A DNA stretch of 64,000 bases, taken from assembly GCA_965219415.1 (NCBI GenBank), contig CBDCNP010000002.1:4928001-4992000 (forward strand), given 5' to 3'. Under the pieces are notes generated by a model. The model made no database searches, was not told the DNA's origin, and was given only the letters and a program-made list of their open reading frames with translations. The position numbers were made by a program, and so were the translations under genes. Position 1 is the first letter of the stretch. The number at the start of each line of letters is the position of its first letter. This document shows positions 10,525 through 20,699 of the stretch, one piece after another. The stretch is from Candidatus Marinacidobacterales bacterium (GTDB taxonomy: Bacteria; Acidobacteriota; Vicinamibacteria; Marinacidobacterales; DATDRI01).

Positions 10525-10837
10525 AATAATAATGATGATGAAGGACACGCAATCGCTCCACCGATGTGTGCTTCCGCAGTCAAGTGTTGGTGGCCTCCGC
10601 GTAATCTGGGTAAACTGCACCAAATGACGGACTCTCACCCCGAATTGTCCTCGCGATATTACGGTGCTTCCGCCATCAAGTGTTGGTTAAATGACGCTAA
10701 GACGTTACGGTGCATTAAGTTACAGCCAAAATAGCGCTCGTGACCTTCGCTGCGCGCTAAATGGAGCGTAAGCGCTTCTTTTGCAAAGGGATGCGTACAC
10801 ATCACCAACAGCAAACAGCGCAAGCACCGCACAGGAC
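10525..10837. mobile_element. Cluster of orphan ends: A-type right end (to 10547), two IS1-type TIRs (about 10568 and 10663), and a short family-B end remnant
   Basis: ATGATGATGAAGGACA; GTGCTTCCGCAGTCAAGTGTTGG; GGTGCTTCCGCCATCAAGTGTTGG; GCACAGGACG. Confidence 0.75.
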
Positions 10838-11052
10838 GGCGTCGTCAGGGCCTGTGACTTGTGATGATGACTAATTTAAATTATGTCTATGTAGTAGAAA
10901 ACTATTACTGTAAATAACTTACAGAATTGTATATATAAAGGCAACAGGATGTGTCGCCAGACTATCTGATGAGGCACATCCCTCTGGCGGGGTGGTAGGG
11001 ACAGCACGATGACAAGGACATGCCAAGCAACTGGAGAAGCCGTCCTCGTCCC

Positions 11053-11123
11053 TCGGATTCCAAGGGCGTCTAAGCTGCTGATTTGTGGTCTATTTCAAAA
11101 GGGCCGAGTTTTGGCACAGGACG
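11053..11123 (-). mobile_element. Orphan family-B left end
   Basis: ...TTTCAAAAGGGCCGAGTTTTGGCACAGGACG. Confidence 0.85.
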
Positions 11124-11461
11124 GGATGACGCGGGCGTATCGGTCATCGAATACACCCTTCAATCCGGCACCAGCCACGAAACCTGGCAGCGCAAACAGC
11201 GAGCGGATCGACTGGGAATTTTTCACTCGGTTAGCCTATCCTAAAAATGGACCACTTTTCAGCACCTGATGAAGTACTGGATACCTTTTCCACACAATGA
11301 GTTACACTGTTTTCCGTCAGGACTTACCCACACGAATCCGCGTAGACCCCTTATTACTAACGACTTATTCTTGTGGACCCTTAATTTCTGTCTTAGATTC
11401 TTGTTTGGTAGTCCTGCCGGTATCCTTAGATCGTTCAACTTATTAAAAAGGGGGACGTACC

Positions 11462-12556
11462 GTGGACTCGGATCCGAAACAGTCTCTCTCGGCTTCAGAC
11501 CCAACTGGCTCGTGGGGCGCGCACCCAGAGCTCAAAGCCGCTAGCGCGGTCGCGCCCTTTGCCGAATCCTCTCCTGCGCCAGTGGTGCATCCGGTCGTTG
11601 CGGCGACAGCGCGCAAGAAGGCGCAGCCTAGCAAAGGCCGTATCATTGCGGTTGGCGGCGGCAAAGGCGGCGTTGGCAAGAGCCTCATTACGAGCAGCGT
11701 CGGGATCTCTCTTGCACGGCACGGCAAGAAAGTGGTGGTTATCGATGCCGACCTCGGCGGAGCGAATCTCCATACTTGCTTGGGCTTGTCCACACCGTCG
11801 CTCACGCTGAGCGATTTCATCAGTCGGCGCGTCGAGTCGATTGACGACGTGATTCTCGAGACTGGCGTCAAGAACCTCGGACTCATCAGCGGCGCACACG
11901 ACCATCTCGCCGCGTCGAATCTGAAATATGGTCAGAAAACCCGACTCTTGTCCTGTATCGCTGCCGTGGACGCCGATTTCGTCTTGCTCGACATCGGTGC
12001 TGGGATCTCGTTCAACATCGTCGACTTCTTTCTCATTGCGGAGCAAGGGCTCCTCGTCGCGATCCCCGAGCCGAGCTCGATCGAGAACGCCTACCGCTTC
12101 CTAAAAATGAGTTTTTACCGTCATCTGTGGCGCGCTTTGAAGTCGAGCCCGGTGCGCAAAGTAGTTGAGCAAGCGATGGACCAAAAGAATCGCGACGGCA
12201 TCCGCACGCCCATCGATCTTCTCGACGCTGTGGAGCGTCGCGACAGTGCTACCGGACGCTATCTCAAGGAGCAAGCCTTCTCGTTTCGGCCGCGGCTTCT
12301 GATCAATCAGGTCCGCTACCCCGAGGACGAGGGTCTCGGCGCGTCGATGGCCAGCGTCTGCCGTCGCCATCTCGGAATCGCTATCGACGCCATCGGCTCG
12401 GTGCGCTTCGACGAGAGCGTTTGGAAGGCGAACCGCAAACGCAGACCTTTCATGCTCGACTTTCCCGAATCCGCAGCAGGAAGCTCCCTTGAGCGTGTGG
12501 CACAGGCTTTGATGTTCGGGCCACCCACTTTAGCGCGCACGGAGAGACGAAGTTGA
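11462..12556 (+). CDS. MinD/FleN(FlhG)-like P-loop ATPase
   Basis: Deviant Walker A GGGKGGVGKS, IDADLGGANL, LLDIGAG, PEPSSIENAY. Confidence 0.88.
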   Translation: MDSDPKQSLSASDPTGSWGAHPELKAASAVAPFAESSPAPVVHPVVAATARKKAQPSKGRIIAVGGGKGGVGKSLITSSVGISLARHGKKVVVIDADLGGANLHTCLGLSTPSLTLSDFISRRVESIDDVILETGVKNLGLISGAHDHLAASNLKYGQKTRLLSCIAAVDADFVLLDIGAGISFNIVDFFLIAEQGLLVAIPEPSSIENAYRFLKMSFYRHLWRALKSSPVRKVVEQAMDQKNRDGIRTPIDLLDAVERRDSATGRYLKEQAFSFRPRLLINQVRYPEDEGLGASMASVCRRHLGIAIDAIGSVRFDESVWKANRKRRPFMLDFPESAAGSSLERVAQALMFGPPTLARTERRS

Positions 12557-13248
12557 TGCTAAGACGGCTCAGCGAGCAAGACCATTATCAAGTTCTCGAG
12601 GTTTCGTACGACGCGAGCTCCGAAGAGATCCAGTCGGCCTTCGAGACGGCCCGCGACATCTACTCTCACGAAGCGCTCGTTTCCAGCTCGATTCTGTCGG
12701 ACCGCGAGCGCCGTCGCACGTTCCACCGGATCTCGGAGGCGTATCAGATGCTCATTGCTGAAGAAAGCCGCCGTCTCTACGATAAGAGGCTCGGGGTTCC
12801 GGAACCGGTCGTGCGCCGGGAGCAAGGGTCGAGGTTCGCCACCGCCGACAACGTCGAGGCGACGTCCACGAATGGCGACGTCGCTCCGTCCGAGGCCCAC
12901 GCTGAGCGGGAGCACGTCTCCGCCGACGATGTCGAGACGCCCGAGAAAGCGGCGGGCTCGGAGAGTTCCGTGCGCGAGTGCCCGCTACAACTCGAGACGT
13001 CCGCAGAAGCGACTGGAGCGTTTCTTAAGGCGGCGCGACAGGCGATGGGACTCGAGTTGGCAACCATCTCTAAAGAAACGAAAATCGGCTGCTCCATGCT
13101 CGAATATATCGAGAACGAGAGACTCGATCGCCTCCCGGCCGCGGTCTATTTGCGCAATTTCACCAGGCAATTTGCCCGTTGTCTCGGGCTCGACGAAGAT
13201 CAGGTTTCGACGACCTACTTGGAGCGCATCCACCGCCTCCAAAGCTAA
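12556..13248 (+). CDS. J-domain-like plus RodZ-type HTH (HTH_25) protein
   Basis: DHYQVLEV...ISEAYQML...RRLYD (J-like, no HPD). C-terminal GAFLKAARQAMGL...ETKI...YLRNFTRQFARCLGLD. The start overlaps the upstream stop. Confidence 0.8.
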   Translation: MLRRLSEQDHYQVLEVSYDASSEEIQSAFETARDIYSHEALVSSSILSDRERRRTFHRISEAYQMLIAEESRRLYDKRLGVPEPVVRREQGSRFATADNVEATSTNGDVAPSEAHAEREHVSADDVETPEKAAGSESSVRECPLQLETSAEATGAFLKAARQAMGLELATISKETKIGCSMLEYIENERLDRLPAAVYLRNFTRQFARCLGLDEDQVSTTYLERIHRLQS

Positions 13249-13308
13249 CGCCCGATCCCGCGCTCACAAGCTGCTATAGTTAGGAGCTTTGGACGGGAGG
13301 TCTCTCTT

Positions 13309-13660
13309 TTGCCCACGCTCTCCGTGGTGATCCCTTGCTACAACGAGACGCTTACGATCGAGACGATCGTCGACGCGGTTTCGAAGAGTGAGATCGAGGA
13401 TCTCGAGATTCTCGTGGTGGACGACTACTCGACGGACGGAACCCGCGACAAACTGCGTGAGATCCAGGAGAAACGTTCGATCGAAGTCGTGCACCACGAG
13501 CGCAACATGGGCAAAGGCGCCGCGCTCCGCACCGGGTTCGCACGCGCGACGGGCGATATCGTCATCGTTCAGGATGCCGACCTCGAATACGACCCCCGCG
13601 ATTACATGAAGCTCGTTGCACCCATCCTGGAAGGCAAGGCCGATGTCGTCTTCGGTTCCC
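13309..13660 (+). pseudogene. GT2 glycosyltransferase (DPM-synthase-like), 3'-truncated by a family-C end
   Basis: [43 protein letters not shown], then TGTGCCTTCT at 13661. Confidence 0.88.
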
Positions 13661-13943
<283 letters not shown>

Positions 13944-14145
13944 TAGCATTCGCTGACAGAGGCACGCCAACGGACACTAGCATTCAAACGCAGCGTAGCA
14001 ACACTTGATGACGGAAGCAGCCTTGGAACTGTGCCTACCAGCGCGCCGTGGCCCTGGGGTCATGTTTATGAAAACGGTGGGGTCGCTGATGCCCAGGGTG
14101 CCGACTATAATATAGTGAAGGAGCCTCATCGGTGGGCCTTTTATC

Positions 14146-14222
14146 GGCCCTGGGCGCAAACACAGACACTAAGCCGGTGATTTATGGTCTATTTCGAAAG
14201 GGTCGAGTTTTGGCACAGGACG
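14146..14222 (-). mobile_element. Orphan family-B left end (an orphan IS1 right TIR lies at about 13992-14021)
   Basis: CACAGACACTAAG...TTGGCACAGGACG; GCGTAGCAACACTTGATGACGGAAGCA. Confidence 0.85.
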
Positions 14223-14579
14223 GGATGGGGTGTCCAATCTCTGGCGGCTGACAGGTCGGAGACTGCTGGGGAGGCGCGCGCGGGAGCGCAGCGATCAGTT
14301 CGAGATCGGCGAGCCAGAAGGTGCTACCGCAACGCCAAGTCCGGCTTCCAGAGCCCATGGCCCCTGGGCCTGACTCGGGCTACCGGTGCGATAGAGAACT
14401 TATAACCTGCGGTCGGGATTGATGATCGTGCGCCACCGGGGAGTTGTCGAAGCCGAGGCCTTCCGTGGGCTGGTTGAAGTGGCGCCCGATGATGTCGACG
14501 AACGGATCGACGCTGATGTCGGCGTTGGCGTCGAAGCTGTATTCATCGTTCAACGTGATGAGTCGCGCCTCCATGTACC

Positions 14580-15861
14580 TGTGCATCGTCAAAACCGCTC
14601 CGCCCACGAAATCAAGGACTTACGCTCCGCTTGAATTCCGGGCCGAAGACGGCGAAACTCCGCCGCTATGCTCGACGTTGTTGTCTTCCTCGTCTCACTT
14701 GGCGTCCGTGTCATTCGGGCGATGTGTCGGCGCCGCGCCGACCTGGTGTTGGAGAACGTCGCTTTGCGGCAGCAAGTGACGGCGCTGAAGAAAGAGCGCC
14801 CACGCCCACCGCTCGAAGACACGGAACGGGCTTTCTGGGTTGCTCTTCGAGGTTCGTGGCCCGCGTGGGCGAGCCGCCTGCTCATCGTCCACGCGGACAC
14901 CGTGGCCCGTTGGCATCGCGACCGATTCCGACGGTACTGGGCAAAGATCTCGCAGCGCCGCCATCCCGGTCGGCCTCGGGATGCCGAGATTCGCCGCCTC
15001 GTCCGCACGATGGCGCAAGACGGCTGGGGGGCGCCACGCATCCATGCTGAGCTCACCAAGCTCGGTTTCATCATCTCCGAGAGCACGGTGTCGCGATACC
15101 TGCCGCGGCATCCCGCGGAGCCCGACCAGCTGAAGCGATGGATGGCTTTCTTGCGCAACCATAAAGACGATATCGCCGCCATGGATCTGTTCACCGTGCC
15201 CACCGCTTCGCTCCGGCTGCTGTACGGCTTCTTCGTCATCGAGCACGGTCGCCGGCACATCGTTCACTTCAACGCCACGTTCCACCCGACGTCTGCTTGG
15301 GTTATTCAGCAACTGCGTGAGGCGTTTCCCTACGACACCGCTCCGAAATATCTCATCTTCGATCGCGACTTCATCTTTAGCGCTGCGGTCATCGAGTTCA
15401 TCAAAGCAACTGGCACAAAACCCGTTCGCACTTCGTTTCGCAGCCCATGGCAAAACGGAACCGCGGAGCGGTGGGTCGGCAGCTGCCGTCGCGAGCTCCT
15501 TGAGCACATCGTGGTTCTCGGCGCATGTCATCTCATCCGGCTCGTGCGAGCTTACATCAGCTACTATCACGAGGACCGTTGCCACTTGGGGCTGAACAAG
15601 GACCCACCGAGCTTGAGAGCGGTCACGCACCGACCGTCTCCTACGGCGAAAGTCGTCGCACTGCCGCGAGTCGGTGGATTGCACCATCGATACGAGTGGC
15701 GAGAGGCAGCCTGAGTCAGCTTGGTCGCTCGCGTTACTCGGCTGGTCGCCGAGAAGTTCGTCCTCAGCACCTTCCCTCGCGCGCTGACCACGCTCTCCAG
15801 CATGTGCTCAAGGACAATCCGGGCCTAGAGTCCAGTCCCGGACAAATAATGATGATGGACA
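14580..15861 (+). mobile_element. Family-A element, complete
   Basis: Same ends and near-identical sequence to 7576-8860. Confidence 0.9.
14668..15714 (+). CDS. DDE transposase, integrase core domain (family A)
   Basis: Near-identical to 7664-8713, one codon shorter. Confidence 0.9.
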   Translation: MLDVVVFLVSLGVRVIRAMCRRRADLVLENVALRQQVTALKKERPRPPLEDTERAFWVALRGSWPAWASRLLIVHADTVARWHRDRFRRYWAKISQRRHPGRPRDAEIRRLVRTMAQDGWGAPRIHAELTKLGFIISESTVSRYLPRHPAEPDQLKRWMAFLRNHKDDIAAMDLFTVPTASLRLLYGFFVIEHGRRHIVHFNATFHPTSAWVIQQLREAFPYDTAPKYLIFDRDFIFSAAVIEFIKATGTKPVRTSFRSPWQNGTAERWVGSCRRELLEHIVVLGACHLIRLVRAYISYYHEDRCHLGLNKDPPSLRAVTHRPSPTAKVVALPRVGGLHHRYEWREAA

Positions 15862-16435
15862 GCGCTGGGTGAAGTCAGTCAAAGAGGAATGTCTCTCGAA
15901 GCTCATCCTGTTCGGCGAGAAGTCGCTCCGTCATGCGCTTAGAGAGTACATCGTCTACCATCACCACGAGAGGAATCATCAAGGCAAGGAGAATCTGCTG
16001 CTGTTCCCAGCCAGCGACCCGTTACCTCAGTCCGAGCGTAAGGTACGCTCCCGTGAACGGCTTGGCGGGTTGCTCCGTTTCTACCATCGGGAAGCCGCAT
16101 GAGTATTTTGACCTCACGGGTTGGCGTCGCGCCCGTCAAGCTGCCCGCACTGAGCCCGGATTTGAACTCGTTCGCGGAGCGCTGGGTGAAGTCAGTCAAA
16201 GAGGAATGTCTCTCGAAGCTCATCCTGTTCGGCGAGAAGTCGCTCCGTCATGCGCTTAGAGAGTACATCGTCTATCATCATCACGAGAGGAATCATCAAG
16301 GCAAGGAGAATCTGCTGCTGTTCCCAGCCAGCGACCCGTTACCTCAGTCCGAGCGCAAGGTGCGTTCCCGTGAACGGCTTGGCGGGTTGCTACGTTTCTA
16401 CCATCGGGAAGCCGCATGAGTATTTTGACCTCACG
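15862..16435 (+). mobile_element. Two tandem 3' fragments of family B, each with a right end (16118, 16435)
   Basis: WVKSVKEECLSK...ERLGGLLRFYHREAA-stop followed by GTATTTTGACCTCACG, twice. Confidence 0.88.
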
Positions 16436-16504
16436 GGCACGTTCTGGCTGAGTGTATCCGTGATCTCCATCACGCGGATGAATAAATAGAAGGCACAGCG
16501 GCTT

Positions 16505-18166
16505 CTACGTCGACTCCGCGCCGTCCTCATCGTCGAGTGGTTCGAGTTCGGCGGAGAGTTCCGCGTCCTCGGCTTCAATCTCTTCGGTGAGCGCCGGGAG
16601 CTCGAGAATTCGTGCGGCCTCGCCGTCGGGCATCCGCTCGACGGTACGAAGCTTTCGCTCCATCGCGCGGCTGCGAACGCCCGTCTGCTCGATCGTGCGG
16701 CTGGCGCTGTTGAGCTGGCGCCTGATTTTATCGAGAACGCCGCCGAACTTGTCGAACTCGGTTCTCACGGCGCCCAGGATTCTCCACACCTGCGCGGCGC
16801 GCTGCTCGATGGCCAGGGTCTGAAAACCCATCTGCAAGCTGGTGAGGATCGCCGCCAGCGTCGTCGGTCCGGTGACCATAACGCGATAGCGTTGCTGGAG
16901 CTCACCAACGAGATCGGGCTGGCGGAGGACTTCAGCGTAAAGACCTTCAGTGGCAAGGAACATGATCCCGAAGTCGGTCGTGGTTGGTGGTTTCAAGTAC
17001 TTCTCGTTGATGGCCTTCGCCGCCACTCTGACCGTGCGCGAGAGTGCGTCTATGGCTCTAAGCGTTGCATCGGCGTCGGCCGCTTCTGCAGCATCCTGTA
17101 AGCGCAGATAGTCTTCCTGCGGGAACTTGGAGTCGATGGGAAGCCAGACACAGGAGGTTGGATCGTCCTGCGGGCCTGGCAGGCGCACGGCGTATTCGAC
17201 GGTCTCGGTTGAGTCGGGTGCGGGACGAACATTCTTTTCATACTGACCCGGAGCGAGGACCTGCGCAAGAATTGCGCCGAGTTGGACTTCACCCCATGTG
17301 CCGCGCGCCTTGACGTTGCTCAGGACTCTTTTCAGGTCGCCCACGCCGCTTGCCAGGGTCTGCATTTCACCGAGGCCCTTATGGACTGATTCGAGGCGCT
17401 CGCTGACCAGCTTGAAGGATTCGCCAAGCCGCTTTTCAAGTGTGTCGTGGAGTTTCTCATCGACGGTCTTGCGCATTTCACCGAGCTTTCTTTCGTTGCC
17501 CTCCTGCAACTCCTTGACGCGTGTATCTAGCAGATCGCGCACCTGACGCATGCCGGCGTGGTTGGAGTCGGTCATCTCCTTGAGCTGCGCTGTCATCGTG
17601 CCGAGCTTCTCATCCAGGCTTGTCCGAATCTCGGAGAGCTTCTTCTCGTTGCCTTGCTGCAGTTCCTTGACACGCGCATCAAGCAGGCCGCGCAGCTGCT
17701 CCAGCGTGGCGTGGTTTGCATCGGCCGTCTCTTTCAGCTGGGTTGTCATTGCGCCGAGCCGCTTATCGAGGCTGGCGCGGATCTCCGAGAGCTTCTTTTC
17801 GTTGCTCTCCTGGAGTGCTTTGGCCTGAGACTCGGCGGCCGTGCGGATGCGCTCGAGCGATGCCTGGCTCGAGTCGGTCAAATCCTTCAACTGCGTGGTC
17901 ATGCCGGTGAGCTGGGTCTGCTGAAGAGCGCCCATGCTCTTCAGCGAGCGGACAAGCGTCTCGTCGCCGGCTTTGAGGCCGGCAACCAGTTCCTCGCGGA
18001 GCCGGGCGGCGGTCTGCTGCGCTTCCTCGCGGCCCATCCTGAGCTCGTCTCGCACCGTGCCGGCGGCACTGTCGAATGCGCGGGATTGGCGTACGAGAAC
18101 CATGGCCACGAGAACTATGGTGGCGATGATGCCGAGGAGACCCAGTACGATGAGGCCGTTGCTCAT
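16505..18166 (-). CDS. rmuC: DNA recombination protein RmuC with three 51-aa internal repeats
   Basis: N-terminal TM; KTVDEKLHDTLEKRLGESF, LSNVKARGTWGEVQL, LPIDSKFPQEDY, PTTTDFGIMFLATEGLYAE, GPTTLAAIL. Confidence 0.93.
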   Translation of the reverse strand: MSNGLIVLGLLGIIATIVLVAMVLVRQSRAFDSAAGTVRDELRMGREEAQQTAARLREELVAGLKAGDETLVRSLKSMGALQQTQLTGMTTQLKDLTDSSQASLERIRTAAESQAKALQESNEKKLSEIRASLDKRLGAMTTQLKETADANHATLEQLRGLLDARVKELQQGNEKKLSEIRTSLDEKLGTMTAQLKEMTDSNHAGMRQVRDLLDTRVKELQEGNERKLGEMRKTVDEKLHDTLEKRLGESFKLVSERLESVHKGLGEMQTLASGVGDLKRVLSNVKARGTWGEVQLGAILAQVLAPGQYEKNVRPAPDSTETVEYAVRLPGPQDDPTSCVWLPIDSKFPQEDYLRLQDAAEAADADATLRAIDALSRTVRVAAKAINEKYLKPPTTTDFGIMFLATEGLYAEVLRQPDLVGELQQRYRVMVTGPTTLAAILTSLQMGFQTLAIEQRAAQVWRILGAVRTEFDKFGGVLDKIRRQLNSASRTIEQTGVRSRAMERKLRTVERMPDGEAARILELPALTEEIEAEDAELSAELEPLDDEDGAEST

Positions 18167-18221
18167 GACTCGCTCCAGATTGGCAAAAGTTGCGCGCCGT
18201 TGGGTAAAGAACGCTCACCCG

Positions 18222-18324
18222 GGATGTGTCCCGAGGTTCGTGGAAAAAGACCGGCGCCCTCCACTCCGTCATCAGGGTATCAGATCAGGCGGCAACCTCC
18301 GCGTGTTCGAGAACCTCGCTCAGA
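18222..18324 (-). mobile_element. 103-bp IS right-end remnant (probably IS256 family); second copy at 61668-61770
   Basis: Reverse complement reads LSEVLEHAEVAA-stop...TTCCACGAACCTCGGGACACATCC and matches 61668-61770. The family assignment is inferred. Confidence 0.65.
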
Positions 18325-18362
18325 CGTTGGCCCTTCGTCGTGCGTCTCCTTGGTTTGGCAGC

Positions 18363-18937
18363 TGTGCCTTCTATTTATTCATCCGCCAGCCCATGGGTCG
18401 GAAGTCAGCCCTGCGGCGCGAAATACCCTGAATTCTGCGCGGATTCCAAGGGCGTCTAAGCTGCTGATTTGTGGTCTATTTCTAAAGGGCCGAGTTTTGG
18501 CACAGGACGGGGTGGTCTCCATCATTAAATTACACTCGACGCGCTGCTTGAGTCCGCTCCGCTCGGAACGGCTGCCGGACTTCGCACCAGATTACACCTC
18601 TACTACCCCTGAGTAGAGCCGACACCGGCGTCTGGTCAAAATACTCGAACGCCCAGCGGGTCAGCAGTTTGCACCTTTCCAAGAGCTGCTTGAATCCGGC
18701 ATCGCGGTCGGATACGTATTCCTTCCGGGTGCACAGTTCGTTGCCTGCAGCTCGCCCCGCAGCCGATTTGATCCAGCCGTGTGCACCCCCGGTGGGCCTG
18801 TCGCCCGCCACCCGCAGCCCAAGGGTCGGAAGCCAGCCCTACGGCGCGAAATACCCTGGATTCTGCGCGGATTCCAAGGGCGTCTAAGCTGCTGATTTGC
18901 GATCTATTTCAAAAGGGCCGAGTTTTGGCACAGGACG
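18363..18937. mobile_element. Nest: C left end plus inverted B left end (18363-18509), C 3' fragment (18510-18628), minus-strand non-autonomous B element (18629-18937)
   Basis: End motifs TGTGCCTTCT, GGCACAGGACG (twice), CGTCTGGTCAAAATACTC, and the YTRRAA-stop tail. Confidence 0.8.
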
Positions 18938-19499
18938 CCGTCGCCCGCTGGCTCGAGAAGGCAGCCCAAGTGTGTCGTCGATTCAATCACAGAAGGATCG
19001 CTGGCTTCGCTGCCGAAGAGCTTCAATCCGACGAGATTCGCACGTTCGCGGGCAACAAGAAGACACCGAGTTGGGTCTTCGTTGCAATCGAAGTCTGGTC
19101 TCGGCTCTGGCCATCGACGGTGACGGGAAGGCGAAGCTACCGGAACACTCACGCTCTGTTTCGCGACCTTTCGAGACGGATGAATTTCGAGCGTCTTCCC
19201 TTGATCGTTACGGATGGATTCGAATTCTACCAGAAGGTTCATCCGTCGCTTCTTCCGTCCAGCGTGTCTCTACGGCTAGGTCCCAAAAACGCGCAGGAAC
19301 GATCGTATCATCAAGGTCGAACGGAGAGCGCTGCACGGAGCCGCGTGGCGATTCGAAGACGCGCTCAATAACTCCGAGGACTCTTCGACATTGAACACGT
19401 CGTTCATCGAGCGGTTGAATCTGACTATCCGGCAAAGCTCGGCATACCTTTCGAGACGAACGCTTTCCCACGCTCGCTCGACGGAGAGGCTCGATGAGC
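18938..19499 (+). pseudogene. Internal fragment of the IS1-family transposase, frameshifted
   Basis: VARWLEKAAQV...TDGFEFYQKV, near-identical to the adjacent copy. Confidence 0.9.
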
Positions 19500-20699
19500 G
19501 GTGCTTCCGCAATTAAGTGTTGGCGGCCAGCCCCTAACCCGTCTGCGTGCTAGAGTTTGAACCAGAATTCCGAAGACACAGTTCTCTCATCGTCAGGGCC
19601 GAGCCAAAGTGAAGAATCGCAGATGTCTCAATCTCGCATGTCCGTTGCGGGGCAAAGTCAGTTCCGGAAACATCGTTCGCCACGGATTCTACCGAACCAG
19701 GTCCGGGAAACGCCGTCGATACCGGTGCGGCGAGTGCGGAAAGACGTTCTCCTCGACGAAAGGCACGCCCTACTACCGTCTCCAACATCGAAGAGCTACT
19801 TTCGATGTGGTCATCGCTCTCAGAGTCGAGGGTGTCAGCATTTCCTCGATTTCCCGGATCAAAGGGATTGCCTGGAACACCGTCGCCCGCTGGCTCGAGA
19901 AGGCAGCCCAAGTGTGTCGTCGATTCAATCACAGAAGGATCGCTGGCTTCGCTGCCGAAGAGCTTCAAGCCGACGAGATTCGCACGTTCGCGGGCAACAA
20001 GAAGACACCGAGTTGGGTTTTCGTTACAATCGAAGTCTGGTCTCGGCTCTGGCCATCGACGGTGACGGGAAGGCGAAGCTACCGGAACACTCACGCTCTG
20101 TTTCGCGACCTTTCGAGACGGATGAATTTCGAGCGTCTTCCCCTGATCGTCACGGATGGATTCGAATTCTACCAGAAGGTCATCCGTCGCTTCTTCGGTC
20201 CAGCGTGTCTCTACGGCCAGGTCCTAAAAACGCGCAGGAACGATCGCATCATCAAGGTCGAACGGAGAGCGCTGCACGGAGCCGCGTGGCGATTCGAAGA
20301 CGCGCTCAATAACTCCGAGGACTCTTCGACATTGAACACGTCGTTTATCGAGCGGTTGAATCTGACCATCCGGCAAAGCTCGGCATACCTTTCGAGACGA
20401 ACGCTTTCCCACGCTCGCTCGACGGAGAGGCTCGATGAGCACCTGGAGTTGCTCCGTTGCTATTACAACTTCGTCCGACCGCACGGAGCTCTGAAGTTCG
20501 GACGTGAGATCCGAACTCCGGCTATGCAGGCCGGTCTGACCACGCGACGGCTCACCTTTCGAGACATCTTCTTGGCGACGACGATTCCTTTGTGGTCGCG
20601 GATCGAGGTTTTCCTGCTCAGTAGGGCGCGCAACCCGGTCTCTTCCGAACCTGTACCACTGCCCGCAGCAGCGTAGCAACACTTGATGGCGGAAGCACC
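19500..20699 (+). mobile_element. IS1-family element, 1200 bp, copy 1
   Basis: TIRs GGTGCTTCCGCAATTAAGTGTTG and CAACACTTGATGGCGGAAGCACC. Confidence 0.93.
19609..20676 (+). CDS. IS1-family single-ORF transposase (Zn finger, HTH, DDE)
   Basis: CLNLACP...RYRCGECG, LQADE, VTDG, TSFIERLNLTIRQ, YYNFVRPH, TPAMQAGLT. Confidence 0.92.
   Translation: MKNRRCLNLACPLRGKVSSGNIVRHGFYRTRSGKRRRYRCGECGKTFSSTKGTPYYRLQHRRATFDVVIALRVEGVSISSISRIKGIAWNTVARWLEKAAQVCRRFNHRRIAGFAAEELQADEIRTFAGNKKTPSWVFVTIEVWSRLWPSTVTGRRSYRNTHALFRDLSRRMNFERLPLIVTDGFEFYQKVIRRFFGPACLYGQVLKTRRNDRIIKVERRALHGAAWRFEDALNNSEDSSTLNTSFIERLNLTIRQSSAYLSRRTLSHARSTERLDEHLELLRCYYNFVRPHGALKFGREIRTPAMQAGLTTRRLTFRDIFLATTIPLWSRIEVFLLSRARNPVSSEPVPLPAAA

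Noticed and set aside
13243-13287. GCTAAC...GTTAGG after the J/HTH gene as attC
   Set aside because: It is too short and has no internal L-box pairing.
14056-14078. GGGGTCATGTTTATGAAAACGG as a Tn3-family inverted repeat
   Set aside because: The resemblance is partial, there is no 38-bp match ending TAAG, no partner end, and no Tn3 transposase.
19534-20312. Recurrent 186-aa antisense and 251-aa alternate-frame ORFs in IS1 copies
   Set aside because: They recur only because the copies are near-identical. They are Arg/Ser-rich shadow translations with variable starts.
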